Assembly: GCA_046758365.1 (NCBI GenBank)
Contig: JBHIAC010000019.1
Coordinates: 1-35,692 of the forward strand
Origin: a bacterium
GTDB lineage: Bacteria; Zhuqueibacterota; Zhuqueibacteria; Oceanimicrobiales; Oceanimicrobiaceae
Length of the DNA: 35,692 nt
Direction: 5' to 3'
The notes under the pieces were generated by a model. The model did no database searches. It was not told where the DNA came from and saw only the letters and a list, made by a program, of their open reading frames with translations. The translations under genes and the position numbers were made by a program. Below, piece by piece: positions 16,563 through 26,200 of the stretch. Every line of letters begins with the position of its first letter. Within the stretch, counting starts at the first letter, position 1.

Positions 16563-16623
16563 AAAACAGGAGGTAACCAGGGTTGGAACACCTCCTATTA
16601 CGGCAGCAAGTATCTGCAAAATA

Positions 16624-16678
16624 GGGTGTACAACCTTTAGGTTGAGATTTTCAAAGGCAGGCTGAAGCCTGTACACCC
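16624..16678. repeat. REP-like inverted doublet, same family as 13710-13771
   Basis: GGGTGTACAACCTTTAGGTTG (16624-16644) faces CAGGCTGAAGCCTGTACACCC (16658-16678). Confidence 0.75.
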
Positions 16679-16743
16679 ATTCTGAGCAGGCTTTAAATTA
16701 ATTTAGCAGAAGTTTGCCCTTTATTTAAAAGAGGAGTTAGACC

Positions 16744-17859
16744 ATGGAAAATATTGTTAGTGTCATTCGAGGAACCGATAAATATTCATGTTTTCAAGAT
16801 CTGCTTACATTAACTAATTTTAATGATGTGCTTTTGCAGGCTTATGAAAAATCGCAGAAAGAAAAAAGGGATTTTAAAATTGTTATTAAACCAAATATCA
16901 TGGTTTTCGTCAATCCTAATACGTACAAAGCCACAGTTACTGACAAAGAATTAGTAGAGTATTTAATAGATCATATCAGAAAATTAGGATTTGATGACAT
17001 TTCAATATGTGATGCGCAACACGATGTTGGGAGAATGCTAAAAAACCATAATGTTAAGTTTGTTGCCGAAAGAATCGGTTATCACCCGGGTGACAGATAC
17101 AAAATTATAGACTTGACCCACGAGTCCATTACCTTTAAATATGTCTACAAAAATGAACAGGGTAAAATTAAAAAATGGAAGGATAAAGTCGGCATGACTT
17201 GGAAAGATGCTGATTTCAGGATTACTTTTGCAAAATGTAAAACACATGAGCATGATTGGATGACATTGAGTGTAAAAAATATTTATGGATGCTTTCCTTC
17301 AACGAATAAAGTAAGTAAATATCACATCAAAAATGAAATATTTGATGTTACTGCGCGCTCGATTCGCAATTTTCCGGTTCACTTTTCCTTCGTTGATGCT
17401 TGGATTGGATCTGATGGGTTCCAAGGCTACAAAATTGCACATCCTCGAGAGCTAAAAATGTTATTCGGCGGCAATAATGCGGTAGCCGTTGATATGGAAA
17501 TATTTAAAAGAGCCGGTTTGGATCCTCATAAATCTAAAATTCTTAGGAAAGCAGTTGATCAACTCTATGACGGTGTGTATCCGCAATATATTGTCAAAGG
17601 TGATAAAAGCACACTTTTCAGCCACATCGGCCCCTGGGATAATATCAGTGATGAGACCGTTGCAAGCATTGATATTCTTGAGGAAGTATACATTGGGTGG
17701 TCTTTTATTAATCTGAAACCGACGGCTAAAGTTGTAGATTATTATCTTTTTCCACCTAAATTTATCATTGTTCGATTTATTGTATGGCTCTCAAAACAAA
17801 ACTACAATGTGTTTAAGCTTTTTCGCTTTTACAGGAAACTTTATAAAAGGGAAAAGTAA
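16744..17859 (+). CDS. DUF362 domain protein
   Basis: IVIKPN, KCKTH..MTLSVKNIYGC, FSFVDAWIG..G.QG and NAVAVD motifs; GAGGAG RBS. Confidence 0.85.
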   Translation: MENIVSVIRGTDKYSCFQDLLTLTNFNDVLLQAYEKSQKEKRDFKIVIKPNIMVFVNPNTYKATVTDKELVEYLIDHIRKLGFDDISICDAQHDVGRMLKNHNVKFVAERIGYHPGDRYKIIDLTHESITFKYVYKNEQGKIKKWKDKVGMTWKDADFRITFAKCKTHEHDWMTLSVKNIYGCFPSTNKVSKYHIKNEIFDVTARSIRNFPVHFSFVDAWIGSDGFQGYKIAHPRELKMLFGGNNAVAVDMEIFKRAGLDPHKSKILRKAVDQLYDGVYPQYIVKGDKSTLFSHIGPWDNISDETVASIDILEEVYIGWSFINLKPTAKVVDYYLFPPKFIIVRFIVWLSKQNYNVFKLFRFYRKLYKREK

Positions 17860-17919
17860 CCTATTTATAATATACGTCAAAAAATCACTGCGGAAGCTCG
17901 AAAACTGCATGACGCGAGC

Positions 17920-18981
17920 TTGGTCATTGACCTTCATATAGATCCAATTATCCAGCAATTCCTATTTGGTTATGACTTACGGCATGAACACAATTCCTCT
18001 TGGAAACCGAAAAAGCGAAGGTTACTATTTTACTTGACTAAAATGTATGGTGGATTAAGTAGACTTCATCGACCCTTTTTCAATCATATAGATTTACCAC
18101 GGATGGTAAAAGGCGGCTATACCTTTGGTGGATTCGGCATCCACTACTGGCCCATCCAATCCGAGAAGGGCTGGGAATCCATTAAGAAACAAATGGATTA
18201 CTTTAAACAAGTTGTAGAACAGGACGATCGAATCATTTTCGCCAAGCGTCCAGAAGATATTCGACAGGCCTTTAAAAAAGGCAGGCTATCTGGCTTTTTA
18301 GGGGTAGAAGGCGCTCATTGTTTGGGTCCAGGTGGCAAAAAGACAATGAAAAAACGACTCGACCGCATTGAAGAGCTGTTTAAAATTTACAGGGTGCGGT
18401 ATCTTACCCTGGCCCATTTTTCCAAAAACGATGCCGCAACGCCTTGCATGGGACTTAGTAGTAACGACAACGATGGTCTAACCGATTTTGGTAAGGAGCT
18501 AATTCGAAAAATGAACGAGGTTGGAATGATCATTGATGTTGCCCATGTGAATACCCAAGGGGTTCTTGACGCCTGCAAAGTAAGTAAAAAGCCGGTCATC
18601 GTTACGCACGCTGGTCTTGCAGGAAAAAATCCCCACCGTCGAAATATTAGCGATGAGGCTCTGAAGGCTGTTGCTGATACTGGCGGCGTTGTCGGCGTCA
18701 TGTTTGCAACAAATTTTTTATCTAATAGCCGAGAAAATCCAATGTCGGATATTATCTTGAATCATATAGACCACATCATTGATCTGGTGGGCGAAGATTA
18801 TGCAGCTATTGGTACTGATTTCGATGGTTGGATACCCAGAATTCCAGAAGATATACATGATGCCGCAGACCTGCCATTGCTGACTCAAAGAATGCTCGAT
18901 AGAGGTTATAACCATAATCAAATAAAGAAAATCTTAGGGGAAAATTTTTTAAGGGTTTGGGGAGAAACTTTGAAGGTTTAG
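17920..18981 (+). CDS. Membrane dipeptidase (peptidase M19, amidohydrolase fold); true start probably upstream, near 17872
   Basis: VIDLHID, GVEGAH, YLTLAH, GLTDFGKELIRKMNEVGMIIDVAH, VTH, RNISDE, GTDFDG and KILGENFLRV. Confidence 0.92.
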   Translation: MVIDLHIDPIIQQFLFGYDLRHEHNSSWKPKKRRLLFYLTKMYGGLSRLHRPFFNHIDLPRMVKGGYTFGGFGIHYWPIQSEKGWESIKKQMDYFKQVVEQDDRIIFAKRPEDIRQAFKKGRLSGFLGVEGAHCLGPGGKKTMKKRLDRIEELFKIYRVRYLTLAHFSKNDAATPCMGLSSNDNDGLTDFGKELIRKMNEVGMIIDVAHVNTQGVLDACKVSKKPVIVTHAGLAGKNPHRRNISDEALKAVADTGGVVGVMFATNFLSNSRENPMSDIILNHIDHIIDLVGEDYAAIGTDFDGWIPRIPEDIHDAADLPLLTQRMLDRGYNHNQIKKILGENFLRVWGETLKV

Positions 18982-19000
18982 AAGTAATAGTTTGTTTTTA

Positions 19001-19366
19001 TTAAAAAGTTTTTTGCACATAAATAAAAATGAACAATCCAAAAATAACACCAACACCGTCCGCTAAGAAATCACTAACTTCAGCGAAGCGACCTTCTACA
19101 AACATTTGATGGAATTCATCAGAGGCCGCATAGAGTATTCCGATTAAGGTAACAGTCAAACATAATTTCCAATTAACTCTATGAGGATTTTGAATAATCG
19201 ACCTACCCAATAAAATCCCAAATACCGAATATTCAATAAAATGGAGAATTAAATCATCTAATTGTAAACTAAGACTTTGCACTGCATTAGAAGGAAGTGA
19301 GGATAAAAAGAAAATTAGTAGGGCCCAAATAATGGCAGGCAGGTAATATTTATAGAAGCTGTTCAT
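19001..19366 (-). CDS. VanZ family membrane protein
   Basis: WALLIFFLSS, HFIEYSVFG and YAASDEFHQMFVEGR..DFLAD. Confidence 0.9.
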   Translation of the reverse strand: MNSFYKYYLPAIIWALLIFFLSSLPSNAVQSLSLQLDDLILHFIEYSVFGILLGRSIIQNPHRVNWKLCLTVTLIGILYAASDEFHQMFVEGRFAEVSDFLADGVGVIFGLFIFIYVQKTF

Positions 19367-20940
19367 GAAGCTATTTTTTTTTCAAAATGTTTCATGACCT
19401 TAGGTAGATTTCTCAGTACATCTCCGGCAATGAGTCCCGCCTGTCCCATTTTTGATTTTGCCAGATCACCTGCCAGACCATGGAGATAAACACCAGCCAA
19501 AGCCCCATCGAGAGGCGACACTCCCTGGGCCACCAATCCCGCAATAATACCTGTTAACACATCGCCCATCCCAGCGGTAGCCATGCCCGGGTTACCCGTT
19601 GAATTTATAAAGACAAAACCATCAGGGGTACCAACGACCGTGGGAGCACCTTTGAGTATGAGAATTACCTTTAATTTTTTTGCCGTATCCCTTACAATTT
19701 CAATAGGATTAGCTAATATTTCTTTTGTACTTATTCCAATAATTCGGGATAATTCTCCGGGATGAGGAGTTAGAATTAAAGTTCCTTTGGCCTGTTTAAA
19801 GCTTTCTGTATCATCTTTTAAGCAATTTAAAGCATCAGCATCGAGAACGATGGGTTTATCAAACTTATCTAAGACCCATTTCACAAGCTTCACGGAATCT
19901 GGATGGGTGGTAAGGCCGGGTCCGATTGCTAAAACATCTGTCCATTGAAATTTTTCTGAAATTTGCTGCTTGGATTCGAAGCTAATACTCTGGCTGTCTG
20001 TTTCCGGTAAAGGCAGAGTCATCACTTCAGTAAGCTTTGCTTCAACAATGGAGTTTAAACTTTTGGGTATCCCGAGTAATACCATCCCGGCTCCTATGCG
20101 CAGAGTAGCCTTAGAGCTTAAAGCCGCGGCTCCTGTCAATCCAACAGAACCCGATAACAAAAATACTTGACCACATCTATTTTTAAAAATATGTAATGGT
20201 CTTTCAGGGAGTACGGTTTCGACATATTTAGCATTTAATTGGAAGCACTTAACGCCACTATGTTGCGAAACTTGCTTTGGTATTCCTATATCTGCTACAA
20301 AAACTCTCCCAGCATGCTCCCTACCAGGAGATAATAATAGTCCACGTTTTATATGCCCCATGGTGACCGTAGCATCCGCGTTTACACACACCCCATGCAC
20401 GGCTCCTGTATCTGCTTCTAAACCTGTAGGTAAATCTATAGCTACTTTGGGAGCACAATTAGAATTAATTATTTCAACAAGTTCGGCCATTAACCCCTTA
20501 ACTGGGCCTATAACACCGGTTCCAAGCAAAGCATCTACTATTAAATGTGCTCTTCGAAAAGCATCATCGTGCTTTCTTTTTGAAATTGAAAGCACCGTGT
20601 GACCTAAGTCTAAAAGAATCTTAAGATTTTGTGCCGCATCCCCTTTAACACCTTGAGGCTCTCCTGCCAAAAACACTGATATCTGTGCTCCCATATTGTA
20701 CAGATAGCGTGCCACCACGTAACCATCGCCGCCGTTGTTGCCTTTGCCACAGATAATTACTATTTTTTTATTTTCGACTTTCCCTAACATTTTTTTTATG
20801 GCCGTGACCACCTTTCGACCTGCATTCTCCATTAAAACCATGCCAGGTAACCCAATCTCCTCTATGGTTTTGTGGTCCATGGCAGCCATTTCTTTGGCAG
20901 TAACTACAAGTGGGAGATATTTATAATATTTAGAACTCAT
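19363..20940 (-). CDS. nnr: Bifunctional NAD(P)H-hydrate epimerase/dehydratase (YjeF)
   Basis: LMENAG, CGKGNNGGDG, VDALLGTG, DLPTG, GPGL, LDADAL, LTPHPGE and NPGMATAGMGDVLTG. ATG at 20940 lies just after the acpS stop (ORF track start 20955). Confidence 0.95.
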   Translation of the reverse strand: MSSKYYKYLPLVVTAKEMAAMDHKTIEEIGLPGMVLMENAGRKVVTAIKKMLGKVENKKIVIICGKGNNGGDGYVVARYLYNMGAQISVFLAGEPQGVKGDAAQNLKILLDLGHTVLSISKRKHDDAFRRAHLIVDALLGTGVIGPVKGLMAELVEIINSNCAPKVAIDLPTGLEADTGAVHGVCVNADATVTMGHIKRGLLLSPGREHAGRVFVADIGIPKQVSQHSGVKCFQLNAKYVETVLPERPLHIFKNRCGQVFLLSGSVGLTGAAALSSKATLRIGAGMVLLGIPKSLNSIVEAKLTEVMTLPLPETDSQSISFESKQQISEKFQWTDVLAIGPGLTTHPDSVKLVKWVLDKFDKPIVLDADALNCLKDDTESFKQAKGTLILTPHPGELSRIIGISTKEILANPIEIVRDTAKKLKVILILKGAPTVVGTPDGFVFINSTGNPGMATAGMGDVLTGIIAGLVAQGVSPLDGALAGVYLHGLAGDLAKSKMGQAGLIAGDVLRNLPKVMKHFEKKIAS

Positions 20941-20941
20941 T

Positions 20942-21313
20942 TCAAACGCTCTCAATTATAACCAGTGCCACAGCCTGGGATGTAGTGTGGGAGATGCTAA
21001 GATTTACTCGTTTATTTATGACCAACTGACCTGTTTTACCATTAATCATAAATGACGGTTTACCACTCATCTCTTTGGTTACTTCTACATCTGTCCATTT
21101 AAAATGTTCACACCAACCATGTCCCAAAGCCTTTGCTAATGCTTCTTTTGCTGCGAATCGTGCCGCATAACATTCGGCGGCGTTTATTTTTTGGTTACAA
21201 AATTCAATTTCGTTTTCAGTAAAGATTCTCGAAGTAAATTTTTGACCCCAATTTTTTAACATTTTATCAATTCTGTCAACATCAACTAAATCTATCCCTA
21301 CCCCAAGTATCAC
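20942..21313 (-). CDS. acpS: Holo-[acyl-carrier-protein] synthase
   Basis: GVGIDLV, ARFAAKEALAKALG, GKP and LSISHT; GTG start with GGAG RBS. Confidence 0.95.
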   Translation of the reverse strand: MILGVGIDLVDVDRIDKMLKNWGQKFTSRIFTENEIEFCNQKINAAECYAARFAAKEALAKALGHGWCEHFKWTDVEVTKEMSGKPSFMINGKTGQLVINKRVNLSISHTTSQAVALVIIESV

Positions 21314-21487
21314 ATTAAAACTCCATTACTTTGATATCTTATAGTATTACCACACAAATCTTTGGATTTTTATTCAAGAAATAGGCTGTTATGTTCTAAT
21401 AAATATCCGAGATAATTTTACTTGCGGATTCACCGCATTATATTTATAAGATATAATTATTTTTATATAGTTGCAAACATTTTCTCC

Positions 21488-21516
21488 TTGACACTTTACA
21501 TTTTTTAATGTAATTT
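21488..21516 (+). promoter_or_regulatory. Putative sigma70 promoter for the ECF sigma gene
   Basis: TTGACA (21488-21493), 17 nt, then TAATTT preceded by TG. Confidence 0.4.
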
Positions 21517-21530
21517 TTTTAATTAAATAT

Positions 21531-22130
21531 ATGAACGTAATATACTTGAGTACGGATGTGAAAAATTCCAGTTCTGTTTTAATTAAAAGAGCCATGGCAG
21601 GAGATGAATCTGCTTACAAAGTACTTTTAGAAAATTATCGTGGTGCTATATACAATCTTCTGTACAAAATGGTTCGTAATAGAGAGGAAACAGAAGATCT
21701 GGTTCAGGAAGCTTTTATGAAAGCATTTAATGCCCTTCCTTCATTTAATGAAGAATATTCTTTCTCAACCTGGTTATATAAAATTGCCATAAATAATTGC
21801 ATCGACCACATGAGGAAGAAAAAGTTAAAGACTTATTCTATTAATAAACCCATTCAGTCTAAAGAAGGAGAATTGGGCCGAGAATTTCCAGATACCTCCA
21901 TGAGCCCAGATAAACAAATTTTAACAGAAGAAAAATCGAAAATCATTGAAGCCGCCATAGATGAACTGCCGGAAAATTACAAAATTGCCATCGTTCTAAG
22001 ACACTCTGAAGAAAAATCGTATGAGGAGATTGCTCAAATTTTAAACATCCCTTTGGGTACGGTGAAAGCCCGAATATTTCGAGCTAGAGAAATGCTTAAA
22101 AAAAAGCTGAAAGGTAAATTGCTTCTATAA
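21531..22130 (+). CDS. ECF RNA polymerase sigma factor (RpoE/SigW-like)
   Basis: EDLVQEAFMKAF, FSTWLYKIAINNCIDHMRK and SYEEIAQILNIPLGTVKARIFRAR. Confidence 0.95.
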   Translation: MNVIYLSTDVKNSSSVLIKRAMAGDESAYKVLLENYRGAIYNLLYKMVRNREETEDLVQEAFMKAFNALPSFNEEYSFSTWLYKIAINNCIDHMRKKKLKTYSINKPIQSKEGELGREFPDTSMSPDKQILTEEKSKIIEAAIDELPENYKIAIVLRHSEEKSYEEIAQILNIPLGTVKARIFRAREMLKKKLKGKLLL

Positions 22131-22171
22131 ATGAATTTAACATAATTCAAAGGTTTGAAAAGATACTCAAA

Positions 22172-22196
22172 TCCTAGCGCTGCGTAGCCGCAATTA
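22172..22196 (+). repeat. Degenerate copy of the 25-bp ACCTAACGCGGCTAAGCCGCAACCA-type repeat
   Basis: TCCTAGCGCTGCGTAGCCGCAATTA aligns with the ends of the 12333-12587 element and with 32286-32310. Confidence 0.5.
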
Positions 22197-22308
22197 AATT
22201 ATAGTAAGAGCCACGAATTCCAACTAAAGCCAACGGATGGAAAAACCAAGAAAATATCTGTTGGTTATTAATCGGTTGGAAGTATGTTTTGGTAATATCT
22301 TGGTTCAT

Positions 22309-23226
22309 CTAGTCTTCATAAAGCAAGCTCAATAAAAGCTGGCCCACTTGGGCTAAACTTTCTGGACTGCATTTATCAGGTGTGTCCTCCAAAGTATGCC
22401 AGTAATCGTAGTTAAAATCAATAAGGTCTATGCAAGGTATGCCTGCTCGAAGTAGAGGCATATGGTCATCGGTCACTTCATAACCTGGGGTTGGAATAAA
22501 AGCTTGGAGTTCCAGTCTTTGGGCTTTATTCCACACTTTTTCAACTATTTGTGGTGCATACTCAAGAGAATTCTCTTCTTGATATATTTGAAGGTCTTTG
22601 TCTCCCACCATATCCAAAAGAATACCGAATTGCGGGTGGTAATGAAAATCTTTGTTTTTTGCAAAATATTGCGATCCTAAAGCATAAGAATCTGTCTGAC
22701 CGGGTAAACCAGCATCTTCGCCATCAAAGAAAATTATATCAACGCCAAATTTTGGTTCGGAAATTTGAATAGTTTTTGCCACCTCTAATAAAACAGCGAC
22801 CCCCGAAGCTCCGTCATTAGCGCCTAAAATAGGTTTATCACGATTTTCCAAGTCCGGATCTTGGTCAGCCCAAGGTCGTGTATCCCAGTGGGCACAAAGC
22901 AAAATTCTTTCATTTTTTTCCGGAGCGAAACTAGCGATAATGTTCGTCATAGTGACCGTTTTATTAATACGAGGTAAATTTTGCATGAATGGTTGTCGAA
23001 TCACTTTCGCACCAAACTGCTGCAATTGCCTGACTAAATAATCTAAACATTCTCGATGGGGTTGAGTACCAGGGACGCGGGGACCAAATTCGCATTGCTT
23101 AACTAAAAATTGAAAAGCTTGATTCCCGTCAAATTTAGGAATTGTAGCGGTATGGCTGTTTTCGCAAGAAATGAATCTTAGAAAATTTAAAAGGGTAACA
23201 ATTATTAATAATTTTAGAGTTTTTAT
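22309..23226 (-). CDS. Peptidase M28 family (glutaminyl cyclase-like) lipoprotein
   Basis: AHWDTRP, GANDGASGVA, FFDGED, LLDMVG, TDDH and YWHT. The frame stays open upstream of the ORF-track start (FDGNQAFQFLVKQCEFGPRVPGT) to a lipoprotein signal xKTLKLLIIVTLLNFLRFISC beginning at ATA 23226, 7 nt after GGGAGA. Confidence 0.9.
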   Translation of the reverse strand: MKTLKLLIIVTLLNFLRFISCENSHTATIPKFDGNQAFQFLVKQCEFGPRVPGTQPHRECLDYLVRQLQQFGAKVIRQPFMQNLPRINKTVTMTNIIASFAPEKNERILLCAHWDTRPWADQDPDLENRDKPILGANDGASGVAVLLEVAKTIQISEPKFGVDIIFFDGEDAGLPGQTDSYALGSQYFAKNKDFHYHPQFGILLDMVGDKDLQIYQEENSLEYAPQIVEKVWNKAQRLELQAFIPTPGYEVTDDHMPLLRAGIPCIDLIDFNYDYWHTLEDTPDKCSPESLAQVGQLLLSLLYED

Positions 23227-23263
23227 TTTTTAATCTCCCAATTATCAACTCAATCAGTGCTTA

Positions 23264-26200
23264 TTATCTGCCTCGTATTGCGATATTAATGTCTAATCCA
23301 AACTCTTGAATAGATGTGGTACCCAACCGTTTACTTTTGTTTCTACCAATTTCCAGGAAAGCCCCACCTCGAACCTGATTGCTGAAAGAATAAGTTAAGC
23401 TTGGTCTAAATGACCAGCGTTCGGTACGGTCTTGCTCGTCAAATTGACTTGCTCCATCGTCCTGGCCAATTCTTTGTTCAGTCACCACCGTGTTTGCGGT
23501 AAATGAGAAAGTAAAGTCAATCCTATTATTTAATGTGGCCTTATTAAAAGGCCAAATTGGTAAACGAAATCCGGTTTGTTTAGAGTAGTTCGCAGTAATT
23601 GTAATATCGGTATTAGTAGAACGACGAGCTCCAATGCCACCCGCTAAGCTTCTACTTAATGTTCGAGACCTATTTATTTGAATATTTCCTGTAAAAGCAT
23701 TTTTAAAATTTAAATCAATTTTCCCCAAAGGTCGAAAATTGGTTGATATATTTTCTTGTGTTTTATTCTCTGATGTTCCACTCCAAGTAATATCTCTTTG
23801 GCCAGAAAAATTGTGACTAAAAGAGACGTTATTAAATAATTTACTAAACAAAGGAAGCTTTTCTAAACCGGTGATTCTAACGGTCCATTCAGGAAACGGC
23901 ATATCGAATTTTCCCATTTTTAGCCAACTTTCAGAACTACTGCCAGAAATAGCAGTTGATTCATTTCGTTGATCACTATGTTGAAATCTAAGCCCAACAT
24001 CGAAGGATCGTCCAAAAGCAATGCCTGAATTTAGAGAGTAAGTTGTGTTATTACTAAAAGTGATGTTGTTAGTGCTGAGATTTTCAACAGTCGCCACATT
24101 GGTAGTATCGGAAAAACCAAATTGAAAGGCCAAACTAGGCTTCTTACCTTCCTCTAAACCTAAATGCGTGATATTTTTGCGTTCAGAGTAATTAAAAGTA
24201 ATGTCTTTAAATTTTGATAGAAAATTTCCAATGGCTTTAAAAGGATTTAACGATTTTCCCTCTTTATTTTTTTCTTGAAATATTAGAAGATTTTTATTAT
24301 CTGAATCGGGTTTAAGCCCCTCTGGACGACTTCGTTCCCCTGGCCGAGGCCGCCTACCTCTATTGTCCCGGCTTTGTTTTCCAGAGCCAAAAAGTGATTT
24401 CGCAAATTGCTGAAGCCTCAGAGTAAATTGAGCGGATTTGTTGGTGTTTATCCGAGCGCTTCTTCCAGTTGTGCGCTGTTGAATATTATTATTAAATGAG
24501 TAGTTCGTGGAATAGCCGAAATTATTATTTAACCAATTGAACAGTCGCGGGGTGTATTTGGCAGAAAATGACTGTGTAATTCTTATATCTTGATATTTAC
24601 CCTTAAAAAAATCCGAAAAATCTGAATCTTTCATATCGGCTGTATGTAATCGATTAAAGTCAACAGTCAAATTTTCAAATACCTTCATACTAGACCTTAC
24701 GCTTCGATCTAAATTAAATGTTTCTGTTTTAGAAATAGGGACCTCGTTTGGATTTGAATTTTGTAACCGATTTTGTGAACGCTGGTCATTTTTTGTACCA
24801 TTGACTTTAAAAGCTATGTTTTGTGGTGTGTAATAAAATTTAGTGCCTTTTAATTTACTGATTAATGGTAGGTTTGGTAACCAGCCAAGGAGCGAAATAT
24901 AATTGTTTCTGCCAAAATCTATACTATAATTAATATTCCCAGACCAAGTGCGTGTATCTGAAAAATTAATGGTTGGATTTTCTGCATGACTCTGGGACCG
25001 GCCCATATTAAAAGAGATTCTATCAATCGTATTTTTTATGAGGAAATTCTTAGACCTGCTCTGTCTACGAAAAGAAATGTTAAATCCATTTTGTCTGTTC
25101 AAAGTTCTAATGGTTTTTAGTATAGAATCTACTTTAGTAATATCATTGGTAACTTCCCGGTCTCTGCCAGGTAAATATTTTGGTGTTGAGCTACTTTGTC
25201 TAAAATTTAAGCTCAGAGGCATGGAAACTCCCCAAGATTGGGGTAATATTTTATCTAAATTAATGTTGGCGTTTAAAATTCCACTTAATCTGTTGTTGCC
25301 TGTACCAAAACGAGTGGCGACGTTATGAAAGTCTGCCGTGGTGCGCTCAATTTCACCATTTATATTTGCAAAATCAGCGATTTTCATATTGGCTTTAAAA
25401 CGCATCGCTATTCCTTTATCTTGTTGAACGTCAGAGAGCCTAAGTTCGTTGAACCATATTGCACCGGTAAACGCTTCGCCATTAGGATTTAAATTGGAAA
25501 TGCCCAAGATTAGGGTCTTCACATTAGTTAGTGAAGGGCTCCCTTTTACCCTTAAAGATTTTGTTGTATCTTCGGGCAACTGATAAGTATAGACACCTGT
25601 AATGCTATCAGGTTTAACTTTATCTTTTATGGTCGTAAATTCTTGTAGCAGCACATTTATATGATTTTTCTCATTCCAACTCTTATATACCCTTCCTCGG
25701 TATTCATAGTAATTATTCTTGTCAGCTCCAAAACGAAAAAAGAATTCAATATCGCTTGTTTTATCTCCAATAAGGGTGCTATTTGTATCCCCATGGACAA
25801 ACATCTTTATTCTATCATAACGAATATAATTTTCCCCTTGGAAAAGACTTTTTTGCACGATTCCCGAGACTCCACTTTCAAGATTTGCTGCTTTTAAAAC
25901 TAATGATTGTTCTCTAGCTCTCACACCTGTAATCCTGTCCTCTTCTCCTTCAACTCCAATCTTCTGTAAGGTTCTACCATAATCTGGATTGTCATGGGTA
26001 TTAACCACAGTAATGGCTACGGTGGTATCATTGAAGGCCGTTGGTAGCTCCAGATCATTCCGGGTAGTGCCAAGCACTTTCCAATCATTGCCTACAAGAT
26101 TTATTTCAGCTATACTGATTTCAATTGGATCTCCTGGAGTTACTGTAGTTACACTATCTACCCAGATGCGTACAAATTCTATCTGTGTTAGAGAAGGAGT

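Noticed and set aside
15162..16676. Multiple overlapping ORFs within the amidase
   Set aside because: Shadow ORFs caused by locally high GC and few stop codons.
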